From: Marsupella aquatica
Lineage: Eukaryota; Plantae; Marchantiophyta
DNA length: 64,000 nt
Assembly (NCBI GenBank): GCA_973895155.1
Contig: OZ316897.1
Span: 11,245,832-11,309,831, forward strand
Reading direction: 5' to 3'
The notes under the pieces are model-generated. The model saw only the letters and a program-made list of their open reading frames with translations, was not told the DNA's origin and did no database searches. Made by a program: the position numbers and the translations under genes. Below, piece by piece: positions 38,770 to 52,043 of the stretch (position 1 is the first letter of the stretch; each line of letters starts with the position of its first letter).

Positions 38770-39595
38770 ACCTACCCTCAAAATACATGAAGACCCTTCC
38801 CCTAGGTCCCCACACTCCCCATTTTGAATCTTTGGAGATAGAAACTTGATTTACCTTTCATCCTTGAACCACCAGTGCATTTATACCCGTAGCTCTCATA
38901 ATAAAGTTCAGAGGTTCAGGAATAGGATTGAGCTCCACAAAAGGTGGTGAGTGCATAACCTCTTATTGGCAACTGCCTCCACCTTTTATGGTGAGTCTCA
39001 TCATAAAGTTCAGAGGCTCAGGAATGGACTTAAGCTCCACAAAAATTTGTGAGTGCATAACCTTTTATTGGCAAGTGCCTCCACCTTTAATGGTGAGTCT
39101 TTATTGGCAACTGCCTCCCCCTTTTATGGTGAGTCTCATCATAAAGTTCAGAGGCTCAAGAATGGACTTGAGCTCCACAAAAATTTGTGAGTGCATAACC
39201 TTTTATTGGCAAGTCCCTCCACCTTTAATGGTGAGACACCTCAGGAATGGACTTAAGCTCCACAAAAATTTGTGAGTGCATAACCTTTTATTGGCAAGTG
39301 CCTCCACCTTTAATGGTGAGACTTTATTGGCAACTGCCTCCCCCTTTTATGGTGAGTCTCATCATAAACCTTTAATGGTGAGACACTGTTCACCACAGGA
39401 CAGGAATGAACAGTAGTGAGGAAGGGAATGATGCTTTCATATGGGCAGGTGTGGTTTAATGAGTACTTGTTTGCTCTCCTTCCCCCTCTGTGGGTCACTA
39501 CCCCACCCTCAAATATATGAGAACCTTGCCGTCCTTCCCACACTCCACGTTTGACTCTTTGGAGGAAAAAACATGATTTACCTTTCATCCTCAAA
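38770..39595. repeat. Compound tandem array (~110-140 bp units) bracketed by a ~90-bp direct repeat
   Basis: Units ...agctccacaaaaatttgtgagtgcataaccttttattggcaa(g/c)tgcctccacc... across 38895-39385. cccacactcc...ctttggag...gatttacctttcatcct occurs at ~38808 and ~39537. Confidence 0.85.
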
Positions 39596-40312
39596 GGTCA
39601 TGTAATTATGCCAAGTCCTTAAAGTGTCATCTAATGCGCTCCTCCATACAGTGGGTTAGTTTCAAGGGTTGTTGACTCAACTTTTACAGTCACCTGATAC
39701 CACCTCCCCTGGCAAGACATTTGGGCTTTCTGTTCGTCTGGCCCCTCTAGACATCGTCCTTTGTGACCTCTAATTTGTATCCTCCTGATTTTATTGTAAA
39801 ATTCAATTTTCCAGGCAATATTTACGTTAGGGAACCTTTTGGCACACAGGTCCTTGTTTCTAATCAATGCAACTACTGCCTAGGCCCCCTCATGTACCAA
39901 ACCAGGAGAGACCATGATATCCTTCAAATAAACCATGCTCTCACTTTGTTCCCACTCCACAATTTCTCAGGCATGCAAGGAAGAATCCCCAAAGTATGGG
40001 TGCAAACAAAATGGACATGCACTTCAAACGAGATTTTCCAAACTAAAGGGCGAATATTGTTCCTCATGAGATTAAGGAGGCTGGACGCTGATGTCCAATT
40101 ATCTTGTCATGCTTCCCTTCCTCAAGATCAACAACCTACTACAGACATCTAATAAACTAGTTATTTTGTGGCCCTCCAACCCTCCAACCTCAAGAGCCTC
40201 TTGAAGCAGGAGATCGTGTCCTGGACCTGTAGTGTTGGCTAGCACTGACCTGTCTGTAATTGGTATCCACTTCCCCCACCTTATTGTTTTTAAGAAAGCA
40301 GCTGACAAAGTT

Positions 40313-43300
40313 TCACCTACGTATTCTTATTTCTGATTTTGAGTTTACGCGCAATAGCTTACCATCCTCTCCATAAGCTCTTTCCATGACTAGTCTAGTG
40401 CCATCGTCACAAACCCAGCCAACCCCAAATGTCAAGGTACCAGTGTCACCTTGGCTTACGTAAGTTGAAACATTTCCTGTCAACCATGTCATACTCAAGT
40501 CACTGATATCAATCGAATCATCCTCCTCTTTACTCAATTTGGGCATTGCTGGGAATCCTCTCCTGATTGAGGTTTCCTTGCAATAAAAGACAAATTGAGT
40601 CCTGTCACTTGCCTTCGTTGGATGCATTGCCATACCCTCAACGTCAAATACCTTCCAATTGCCCACGATATCCTCGGGTGAATGGCGAGCTCTCTCTGAA
40701 AAGAGCTTCAGATGATGGCCTCCTGCGTCACTGCATCATCAAAGCCATTTGTTTCAGAACAAAGTGTTACCAATATGATTATGACCAAGATGTGCCTAAA
40801 TGTCCTTCTCAAACCCCGTTTACTCCGAGTGAACCTTTCTAGAAAATCCTCCACCAGGAATATCTATAAAGCTTCACATAAAGGGCAAATCATCAAGACG
40901 TAACCTTATGGATTTCATATTGCAGGGCCCCATCCACTCTTCTTCGAATACTGCGAAACGGAGGACCTCCAGTTTTTCTCCCCCTTCAAGTGAGATAGTA
41001 TGCACTACACGAAGCCTTTTGTGCCCACCTGCCACCAAACACTAACCAAAGCAGTTGAAAGAAAATTCAATGAGTACCCTAAATGACAAGACGATCCTGG
41101 TTCTGTGGTTTTTCTTAGCATGCTGCCTCGCTACCCAATACTGGTTATCATAGCAGCAGGCCTAGGGAAAACAAGGAAACCAAGCCAAAGAACAATCCCT
41201 CGCATAGAAAAGACACCAATGGTAGTAAAAGATAACGACAAAACCATTCGGTTTAATCTATTTATTTTTAATGCTTTCCTTTCATACAAGACCATCTTTG
41301 ACAACATACCTGTTCAAGCTTACAAGTGTAAGCACTGAAATATTCACGAGAACTTGATGATGAGTCTATCGAGAGCTCTAAAGGACCTTTTGAAAACGCT
41401 CCATCCTGAACCGAAATCAGAGAGAGGATCCTCGTGAGAAACAACCGGCAAAGAGACAACTATCAGGGTTCCATTTACAATCAAGATATTCATTCATACA
41501 CATGTTTGTCCCAAGATCGAACGACTACCCTCAAAGAAACCTAAGCTCACAGCTTTCTCAAGATTCATAAATCAGATGATTGCCTTGCACTGCATTCCTT
41601 CGAAAGCAGAGAACAGCTTGGAAACGAGTTAGTGCCTACAAATTATGAGAGAGAAATTGCCTTAACGTTAACTCTTCCAGGACATACCAAGCAGGTAAAA
41701 GGAATGGCTGATATAGCTGGCTGATTGTATAGGCAAATGATAATCAGCACATAGCGCAAACACAGAATCTTCCCAAGACTAGCACGACGATACCAGAATA
41801 TGGCTACCTACATGTTGTTCTTGTGACTAGCATTATATAAGAAGCTACTAAACGGTGATGTGCTACGAATTCCAGTGAAGATCTCACCTCAAAAAAGACG
41901 AGCCCTGGTTGTGAAGTCATGAGGTCCTCGTCCATAACATCACTCCATGTCGTGTCCTTAGTGAATCCGTCATCATAGGAGGGTCCAACTGCAGTAGTTG
42001 TGGAAGTCGTCTCCTCAGTAGTCAAGTTGCTCCCACTTCCATCAGCGGGCAAGGTTCCACCTTCCCATTCCCAATCCAAAATATCTGGAATTTCCTCTCG
42101 TGCTGAACCTGTCTCTTCGATCTCTTTCATAGAGCCTTCTCCCTCTTCCTCCTTCTCCCATCTCTCATCAATTTCTCCCGGGTCAGCCAACACAAACTCC
42201 CAGTCTGAATTTTCTCCATCATCTTCTGTATCTTCATCGTCCTCCCAGTACCCTAGCTCATCCACCTCCTCATAGATTTCACTCTCTTCCGACGGCGAAT
42301 CATCATCACCACCTTCAAATGTTAATATGCTCTCGTCATCCTCTATCAGAGGATCTTCTAAAGACCAAACAACTTTCCGATAGAGACTTTGCTGCTCTGG
42401 GGGTAGAACCGCACCATCTTTTGAAGTTCTTAGGTTCTCCACAGTGCTGAGAACTCGGACGTCATAGATATCCTGCTTGTCTTCATCTAAGTAAATGGGT
42501 TCAAAGTCACCAGTGGTAGGAGAGAAGGTTGCCCCAACCCCCCTCCACACTCCTGCTGAGTTGCTACAAAATGTAGAAAATAGAGGATTTGGAACCGGTT
42601 CCTACAAAACCAAATGGCGAAAAGATAAGGCATTTGAGATCACGAATTATTCAACCTGGGTGTCACGGCACATGTTCTAAACGCAGTCTTGAACATTTGA
42701 AAAGTTATGATCACATCACAATTATCCTTTTGGAAAACACTATTAGATTTCCAGATCCGGTGGAAGGTTGGCTGATCATTTAGAGACGGAATAACTCTGT
42801 CTGTCAAATCTACTTGTTACCACAAAATGTCGTCTGAATGGAATGGCTCCATTTTCGCGCAATTTTCTTTAAAATGGTCCTTCACAGTCAGGATCCTGAA
42901 CTTCAACTTCCCGTCCTCAATACCACCTCCTACAGATTGAACTGAAGTTTGCATAAAATTCAAAACCGATGGGAATCCAGCATGATGGCAAAGAGGTCGC
43001 ACCTACTTTATAAAATTGATACTGTCTATATATCGCCATCGCAGCTAAGACTATCAAGCAGTTCTATTAGGCAATGAAGATTCCAATTTGGGCTGGTCGG
43101 AACATTTATATATCTTTTACACGCAATCCACTTTCCGATTCTACGACTATGAGCCAGTGTGCAACGACCTAATCCACTGTCACAGGAGACTTGCCAAAAT
43201 CTCTTGGAATCAAAACACAATAGAAACCAAAATTGTACTCACCTCACAGGATAAATCTCAAAATCTTCAAGTGCATAGATTGCGAGGTGAACACAATCTT

Positions 43301-44546
43301 GGTTTCTATTGTGTTTTTCTTCTCCTCTCTGTATCTGAGATTCACAGTGACCTAACTTTTGGCGGGTTTCGCTTCTCTCAATGGCGTTAATACCAGAGTT
43401 GAGGTCAGCCCTCGACAACTTTACAATATCAAACAAGACACCGTTTTCATAGAAGACAACAGGAACTTTCCACGACTGGCGTCTGTAGAACTACTGCAGA
43501 ACCCCGTCACGCGAGACTTGCCAGGATTGGACAAGTTTCATGGCATCCGATCTCGCGGTGATTGGAAATCTTAAACTATAAAATTCTTCGAATCCAACAG
43601 GACATAGATCGTCTAGATTTGCTTGATACGACGCAGATTTGACGCATCCAAATATCCTGCTTGTCGACAAAAGAAAAAGGAAAAAAAGCCAAGAAAGTGC
43701 TTTCCAAGATCCAAGGTGATATCTCAATACTCAGAAAGTCATACTTCGCAAGAAGACCAGGACAGTTTCTTTGCATCGGATGTTTTCTTACGTAATTATT
43801 TTCTAAAATTTACGTCCCTAAGCAGAGAATAAGATGATGGAAGAGGGAAAACATCGCACCTCGGGTTGGAGCAACTTCTCCTCTGCGATCGGAAGTAGTG
43901 GAGACAGGTATTTGAGGAATAGAGTATCGTTGACATCCTGATTTTTCCTCACCTCCGATGCAGGCACATTAGATGGGCCTACAATGGAGGGCTGCTGCGT
44001 ACGCACATCGCGTCCGTCATCAACCACATTGACTCCCCCTCTTACACCCCTTCCTCCCGCCCCATCTCTACTCTCTTTCTCAGTCCTCAGTTCAGGAGAT
44101 TTGCCAGATGAAAATTCCGCACTCCACACACTAGGCTTGGCCTGTTTCTTGTTGGACACAGAATCACTAGTTCTGTCGATCCTGAGCCCGGCATTCCACC
44201 CGTTGTCCTTCTGTTTGCCGTCGTCTTTCCTCTCCGGATTGCCTTTCCCCTTGCCTCCTCGACCACCCTTTCCCCCACCGCTATTGGATCCCTTGCCATT
44301 ATGTTTTCCAATGGGTGCGGCCCCGACAATCTGTCTCCAGCACTCACCATGAAAATTGCGCCCTGGAGTGACCAGACCCGCAAATCCTCCACGCCGAGAT
44401 TTACTCGCTAGATCAACTTTTCTCCATACTCTCGTCGAAGATCGTGTTCTGAAAGAGAAAATCGAAGCCGAAGCTGTGGTAGACGAAGAAACGTGCGAAT
44501 TGTGCGAGGAGCAGCCCACCGCCAACGATCCAGCGAGAATCTCCAT
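40313..44546 (-). CDS. DUF3598-like conserved plant protein with putative plastid transit peptide; 5 exons, ~683 aa
   Basis: Exons 44546-43860, 42601-41888, 41405-41310, 41041-40905, 40730-40313 with GT-AG introns and phases that join in frame. Motifs GVWRGVGATFSP, GLVFFE/DGAFSKGP, KLEQ/CLVAGGHKRLRVVHTI, FEEEW, GNWKVF, F.VGWV.DDG.RLVMERAY. Ser/Arg-rich N-terminus. The gene model is firm; the family name is from recall. Confidence 0.8.
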
Positions 44547-44703
44547 TCGAACAAATGAAATCCGTCGCTCTTAATCAATCTCTGTGCTTCATCGAGAGAA
44601 ACCGACAGTCCAAGAAGCCCTCCAATTGTCAAAATTCCTTCACCCAATTTCTCGTCCTCGTCTCGTGTCTTCTGCTTCGCTCCCTCTCTCTCGTTGATGA
44701 TTA

Positions 44704-45250
44704 GAGAGTCTTGCGTCCTAGAGCTGGCTGGCCTTTCTCAAACGCTAGAAGAGCGGAGAAATTAGCTGGCCAGTCACCTTGACGGCTCAGATCTCTCCAG
44801 AATAGGGATCGATGGCTCACATCGAGATCTCGAGCTAGCAAGACCGCTTGTTTAGAGGGAGAGGCTCGTCCTCGTCTTGTGTAGTCGGCTTCGCTCTCTC
44901 TCCGACCTCGTGTTGGCTGGCCTTGCCCCAGACGCTAGAAGAGCGGCGAAATTAGATGGGCAGTGGTCTTGACGGCTCAGATCTCTTGCAATGAGGGATC
45001 GATGGCCCAAATAAAGATCTCTAGCTAGCAGGACCGATTTTTTAGAGGGGGATTCTACTTCGCTCCCTCTGCGTCTTTGATGAGTAGCGGAGAGAGTCCT
45101 CGCGCTGGCTAGCCTTTCTGCACACGCTAGAAGTGCGGTGAAATTAGCTGGGTTCTGGTTTTGACGGATCAGATGGCTTTGGGAGAGGAATCGATCGCTC
45201 ACATGGAGATCTCGAGTTAGCAGGACCATTTGTTTAGAGGGAGAGGCTCC
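44704..45250. repeat. Three diverged ~190-bp GC-rich tandem units immediately upstream of the DUF3598-like gene
   Basis: gctggc..gcctt...acgctagaag.gcgg.gaaattag.tgg...ttgacgg.tcagat...gatct..agctagca.gacc....ttagaggg at ~44722, ~44914 and ~45103. Confidence 0.85.
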
Positions 45251-46892
45251 TCCTGCAACACTCTGTGTATAATACTCCTCTCTGTCAGGTCTTCGAAGAA
45301 AACGATTCTAACGTGGTACAGTATAAAAGTCACTAAAATTCTTGTAGAACGGGACCACTCTTTTCGGCTGAAGGGGTACGTGGCGACCTTCTAGACGGGT
45401 ATTTAGAGGATTGTTTAAACTGTTATTAATTGGGTCTTTCGGTCTTTTAATTTAGAGGAATGTTAAGTCCACCCACTATTTTTCCAGAATTGATCCCATT
45501 CTTGTAATTCCACCCCAATTGACCCACCTGGAAACTTAAGCCGGGATGGGCAGTGAGGCCTGTTACACCCAAAATACACAATGTCTAGCTATCTTTAGAA
45601 TGACTCTTCACTTTTGAGAGCCGGAGTAGTTTTTCCAGGTGTCTTGACCAACTGTGAAATGCTCATTTCAGCAAACTTGTGCATTTATCTAAATAACTTC
45701 TGGATCTCTCTTTCATCTCAGAGTTTTCCATATATATATAACATGTTCATCCTAATGCATGCCTATTTCGAAGAATTGAAACAATCATCATAAGAGTTCA
45801 TGTGATCAGACAATTAAATTTGACTAGTTTATGAAAACAAGTATTGAAAGAATGATTGTAAACAAGTTCATGAAAAAACTGCACACCTTTTTAAAAATGA
45901 GAGAATTATAATGTTTTTAAGACAAGTGCATTAATTTGAAGGTACTACAGCAGTCAATGTACCTGTATAGGTACACTACTTTATGATTCAAAGAGAAAGC
46001 CATTAACTTTGTTCTTTTTAAAATTTCTGCTCTATTTGGTGACCCTCTCTTTTAGGTGACACCTGTTCATCAATAAACCATGAACAATATAAATTTTATA
46101 TTAACCACTAGTATATAAGATGCACTCATCAATTATCAGAATACTAGTTGCTTGGTTGAAGTGTCAAACCTTCTCATGCAAGTAAGGAAACATGCCCCTC
46201 AAAATGATAGGTAATATGTAGGGGACCTGATAAAAACTAAGGAAATGAAAAAAATGAAAGGGGCTGCCAAAAATGACTACATTCTAAATAGTACATGGTT
46301 AAAGCATAGACTAGGCTAGATTGACATAAATATATATTACAATCAATTTGAATGAGACAAGATAGGCAAGAGTCCTGCCACATAGCAGCCTCAAAAAAAT
46401 CCAGCATGTTCTCTGATGTCCAATCTATTACCTGACAAAGTTTAAATTTCTCTGCAACCATTTGCTCCATCTGCTCCACTGGTCAAATATTATAAAGTAA
46501 CCGCCAACGGACTCTTCACTTTTGTGAAGAATGCTCTCAGTACTTGGGCATGAGCACCAACTTACAAGTTTGGGAAAAGATAGTTCACTTTTATGAAGGA
46601 TGCCTTGAGGAGTTTGCGTGAGCAGCCACTTACCATAGTGCATATTAATGAAAACCAGCTGAGAATGGTCATGAGCCTGTTTTACAGGTCACATATGACT
46701 CAAAACTGTAAACAGCACTATCCAAGCAGATTTTGATGTTTTGAGTGAGTCCATCTTAGCTTTGGAAATCCATGGGGGCTTCACAGTAAACCTCTTGGTC
46801 CATCCAGACTTTACTTTTGACCCACTTTGTAATACTTGAAATACTCAAAACTGAGTTATGTGAGTAAAACTTCTTGGATAAGTATATCATAC

Positions 46893-47023
46893 TAGGAAAC
46901 TTGAATTTGGAGTGAAAATTTTGAGGGAATTTCTCTAACTACCCCAAAAATAGGCCCCAAAATTCTGTGTATAGTAGTTAGAGAAATTCCCTCAAAATTT
47001 TCACTCCAAATTCAAGTTTCCTA
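46893..47023. repeat. Perfect inverted repeat, 50-bp arms and 31-nt loop
   Basis: 46893-46942 (taggaaac...tctctaactac) is the exact reverse complement of 46974-47023. Confidence 0.95.
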
Positions 47024-50000
47024 ACTACTGTACACAGAGTCAAGGCCTTTCTCTTGATATGAAAAAGGTAAAAAAAGTAGGTCATGAAATTGGAGATATG
47101 AGCTAGACAAGTTCAATCTAGGCCACATATTCATTTGGAAAATTCACTTTGGCTTCTTTAAGCTCAAATAGGTCACTCAGGGTGGATTTATTTGTTGGTT
47201 TAGCATTGTGATGGGTCCTAGACCTATAATTGCATTGTCAAACGTACTTTAAATATTCCTTCAGGCTATTGACCCAAAGTTTTGTTCACAGTAGTAGAGT
47301 TTGGGGTAAATTTAAGGAAAGTATGTGGGGCACCTCTAAAGTCCAGGTCCCTCTTACTACAACTGTGAGAACCAGACCACTACCCAGATTTACCACGTAC
47401 TGTACTTAACTCTGTTGTTGGCGTGGCCATAGTGCTAACAGTACGCTGGGCACTTACTCCATAGTCTGGGCAAGTATAGCATCCTTTTTTAAGTGGCAAA
47501 ATTTAGTTACTGTAGATTCCACCACCCCAAAAACTTTGCTAGGTTTGATGCTTTCCATTTGCCTCACCTAGTCACTGGGCCAATTAGTAATTCTAACGGT
47601 CATCGTTAAATCTAAGGAAATCTCACGGTCACAAAAGAATATGCATTTTGCTAACATCTTCTCCTTTGGCAAAAAAGAGTTTTTTTTAAGATGACGATGT
47701 TGGACAGAGTGGACAGACTCTATTTTCTTTAAATTAATGAATGCACACGGTACATTACCAGGGGATTTGGCAGAGGACCAATTTGTGTGTTTTGTGTGCA
47801 CTGTACGAGTCGTCATTATGTCCTGGTCGAGGTTGGATCGGATGGAGTACAGTTTAGGGGGATTCCTACTGCAGTAGGAGGAGGACAGTCATAGAGGCTG
47901 GACCGCTGAATTAGTTATTACAGGGTGGTTGAGTCAAGCTACTGGAATGTAGTACATGCTCGAAATGTGTGCTACAGCACCAGAACTCCAGAACTCTCCC
48001 CACGTCCAGTAAAATGGGCGCATTAAAGTCTTGGAAGCCAGAAAGATGACACGGGGCATGACCAGCTTTCGTGGCTAAAATGCGCAAGATTCCATCACTT
48101 ATTCACTTTTGGTTTGTAGTGGCTAGAATTCGCTAGATTCTGTCACTCTAAAAAATATTAGGCACAGGTGCAACATTTTTTGGTCTGTTTTCGATCTAGA
48201 AACGGACCGCATTGGCCAGAATCTTTAAAATAGGCGCGATCTGACTGCCATAAATTAATCTAGGAAAATTATGTAAAAAATATTCCAAGCATCTTTTCCC
48301 TTTCGTACAAAAGGTGACATTCGTCATACTGGTCAAAAATTAAAACACGTTTACAATCATGCTGAGTAACGACTTAGTGGATAACGTTCTTTTCTTGCAA
48401 CACGTACAATATTAAGTGCAAGTGGGGCTCCTTAAACTAAACGACAAGTAATTAAGTGCAAAACCCTCCATAAGAGTATATGGACACTAATTGATAAGAC
48501 CACAAAATACTCTGTGGGATTTTTGTATACCATTTTTTATATAAAGTTAATGTTGCAGTTATGAGATAATTGACAGAGGTTTATGATAAGGATGTACCAT
48601 CTGAGGGATGTACAATCAATAATCAAGGAAAGTACTAAAATCCTACTTGGCCAAAGGGAAGGGCAATCATGAGGCAGTTCCAAACATTTCCAAACTCCTT
48701 TGTTCAGTGTTTGCAATTATTGAACTTCATTTCAAATGTTTTTTGGTCTTTAAACAAGAAGTGGCCCTCCAGCTTGTTTTGGTGGGAAACAGGCACAACG
48801 TGCCCACATGTCTTGTAATAATGCCACCCTAACTTACAGAGAGAAACAAGCATACAAAGTGCCACAAAGAGGGTGTACCAGTGACTGATGAAACCATTGC
48901 CGACACAGAGACAGGACCAAAGGCCCCCAGAGAAAGAGACTTCAGAGTGAGTTGAGAATGAAGAACTCACAAATGCAACAGGTTTTTGACAGGATGATGT
49001 TGACACAAGTTAAGCAACCATTCATTGCAAAGTACAATCATGGGTAACATCAGTGATTGATCAAAATAATTTAGGCTTACTTACCTTTCATAAGAGGTTG
49101 AGAAATAACAGAATTCGCAAGTGAACTGTTATCTCATCACCGGGCAGATACTTTGGTAGTGGTAACGTGGTTTATTGTTCTCGACTGTAAAAAACTATTT
49201 TTTTTACTTCCAGACTGTCACTGGTGGCCAGTTAATTTTTCCTGACCAGCAAGTTTTCCAGTGACCTGTTTCTGGTACTTTGCAGAGACGTAGCCAAAGC
49301 ATATGTTTGGAACCTATTCACCATTCCTGCATTTCACTCATCTAGTCATGACTTTGCTACGTGTCAGTACTACAGTAGTTTTGAAAAACACTTTTACATC
49401 AATTTGGTTGCCAAAAAAAAGTTGATGAAAATCTTTTCCTTTTGGCTTCATTTGTCTCCCTGCCACTTTTTGTCGAGAAAGAGTCATCAATCATGCTGCA
49501 GACAGGTTAGTTCTTGGAAATTCTGTTGCTAATGCATTAAAATAGACCTGGCCTGTTTGGGGGCTATGACTGTAACCCCCTAGAGCTCAGTGCCCTTTCA
49601 ATTGGGATTTCAGCCCATAGCCCCCTCCATCCCATGGCTTACTTTGCACATTTTCACCCACCCTTGCCAAGACTCCCCCCCCCCCCCCCCTCCCCCTCCA
49701 AAACTGAAGGCCCCATCGACCTAGACTTTTTATAAATTGCCTGGATGGACCACCAAAACCCAGGCAGATGGACTGCAAAAAATCCTTTTTTGTACTCATA
49801 GAGCATTTTTTCTTGTAGCAAGATGCATGTAGCAAGATTCATGGGAGTGGTCCATACTATCATTATTTTACACCCTCCCCTCCCCCCACAAAAACAAACC
49901 AATTTCAGTAATGATGAAAAAAAATGGGCTTCTATTGTCTGAGAGCATTGGTTTATAAAACCATAACCGTGGAATTCCTTTCCATTGTGATCAGAGTACA

Positions 50001-50480
50001 TAACCAGACATTCCGTAACGCCAGGAAGAAATGTGTCCTCTCGTAGCCCGAAATTTATTCCCATTCACAGTCGCCCCACATTTTGCACCCTGTGACCCGT
50101 CTTCATTCCCTACGAACGAACGGACACGAGACTTTCCGCTCTGGAATTATTGATACGTACTGCCAGCTCCGTGACATCCGGAAGTGTGTCGCTTGATTCA
50201 GTTCTCTAAAGCTGTCTGCACCACTGCACTGCAACTATAATGCAACACGGACTCGAATCAATGCGACCACAGACTTGAATCAGAGTTGTTCTCACTCCCT
50301 CAGAACTTCATCACTTCTGTCTGTACTTAAGTAGTACATAGCTCGATCCTCTGTGCCATATCTATCGACTCAGCAGATTTGATTGACAGTTCTGCTCGAA
50401 TTAGTTCGCTGTTGAGTGTGAGCGTGTGTGTGTGTGTGCGAGTGAGTGATAGGGACCGGGACCCTAGCTCGGCGAGCGAG

Positions 50481-52043
50481 ATGACGAGCCAGAAGTTACT
50501 GATTCTGCTACTGCTCGGCGTGATGGCTGTGGCGGTGTCGGCCAATATTGAGTACCCCAGTTGGAGTCTTGGAGCTGTCAATCGGCCACTCTATATGAAA
50601 CCTGGTGATTCCCTGAGTAAGTGTTCCAGGCGCTCCCCAAACTGAGTGCATTGCATTCTAGTTGCGACCAAGTAAGGATATTTGGTAGCGAGCAGGTTGT
50701 ACGAATCGTTTGTACGGTCCTGGCGACTGATCGTCAATGGAGTAGTTAGGTTACTTGGCTCACAGATCGAAGAGCTCGATTTTCTAGGAGGTCTTTGTTA
50801 TGTCGCATTGGGCTGGTTCTGGATATACAGTGACATGACGGGCCAACACGTATTCCTGAACTCGAGCTCAAACGCTAGCTCTTGCCGCTGTTGGTAGAGC
50901 TGAGTCTAGTTCGCTTTGTGACAATTTCAAGTGGTTCGTTTTTTTCGCATTTTTTTCTAGAAATAGTGTATCGATATCGATATCGATATCCTGAGTCCAC
51001 ATGTATGCCCGAGCTTGACCTCAACCCTCTTGTCACTGATGGTAGAGTTGAGACTAGCTTCTCTTTGGTGTGTGGTGCCCTCCAGCTCGACTTTTCCTCG
51101 AGCTTTTCCCATGATAAGTTCTTTTGTCATGCATAGGTTTGGCAGTTTCTAGCATTCGCCATGTGGCAATTTGAAGCAGTTGTTTTTATTTTGTTTCAGT
51201 GAGAGCTGACTGGTACGTGGCAGTAACTTGAGTGAGTGTCTAAGTATGTCAGCTGCAACCCAAGCTGGGAACATGTGAAGCCCATGTTAAGAGAACGTTG
51301 CTGCACCTGCACGGAAGTAGTTGGGCTGGATCCCAAAGAACATCCTACTAGTTCAGCGTTTTACTGGACAATGAGAGCTAGCTGGTAGCAGTTAAGAGAA
51401 GTTTTATATCGTGTGGAACCAATCGAGAACCCAATTAGAACATGTTGAGCCATACAAACATCCTACTATGCCTAGTGTAAGTCCTCATTGGACCATTCTC
51501 TGCATTGTCCATACTGTAGATGCATATACACTGATCTGGCTGGACGCGAGTTGTCTTGCTCCAGAGCTGTGCATTGAGTCTGGGTGTTTCATTTAGTCTC
51601 AGATTTAGTAGGCAGCGCATTTAGAAGAGCGTGGCCGAATGCTATTCGGCCGTGTTTTTACCTTTGTGGGATTATTATGCGTCTACCACTTCTCCATGCA
51701 TGTTATGGTCTTCTTTGAAAGTTGTTGACACTCGACGATGCATGTGAACGTCTGGCCAACGCTCATATTTACAATAATGCCTTTCTCTAACCAGAACTTG
51801 TTTCTAACCTTTGGTACGATGTATGAATTTGTTGCAGAGTTCAGTTACCCTTCCGGCCTCCACAGCGTGTATCTTCTTTACAAGCTGGAGGATTACGAGA
51901 ACTGTAACACCGACGTGGCTTATGCCAAATACACCTCTGGCTTCGATATGGTGACGCTTCCCAGACAGGGAACCTACTATATCGTATGCGGCGTTGAAAG
52001 TCATTGCAACGCGGGAATGAAACTCATTGCTTACGTACACTGA
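50481..52043 (+). CDS. Plantacyanin-like phytocyanin (basic blue copper protein), secreted; 2 exons, 113 aa
   Basis: Exons 50481-50616 and 51838-52043 (GT-AG, phase 1). Signal peptide MTSQKLLILLLLGVMAVAVSA, then GDSLKFSY...HSV...YENC...GTYYIVCGVESHCNAGMKL. Retains His/Cys/His/Met Cu ligands and the disulfide cysteines. No AGP/GPI tail. Confidence 0.92.

Noticed and set aside
38895-39385. Second CRISPR-like array and ORF 38928-39275
   Set aside because: Contiguous compound tandem repeat without unique spacers. The ORF is a by-product of the repeat.
45400-49500. AT-rich tract with short transposase-like ORFs
   Set aside because: Probably decayed TE DNA, but I could identify no TIR/TSD pair or diagnostic motif.
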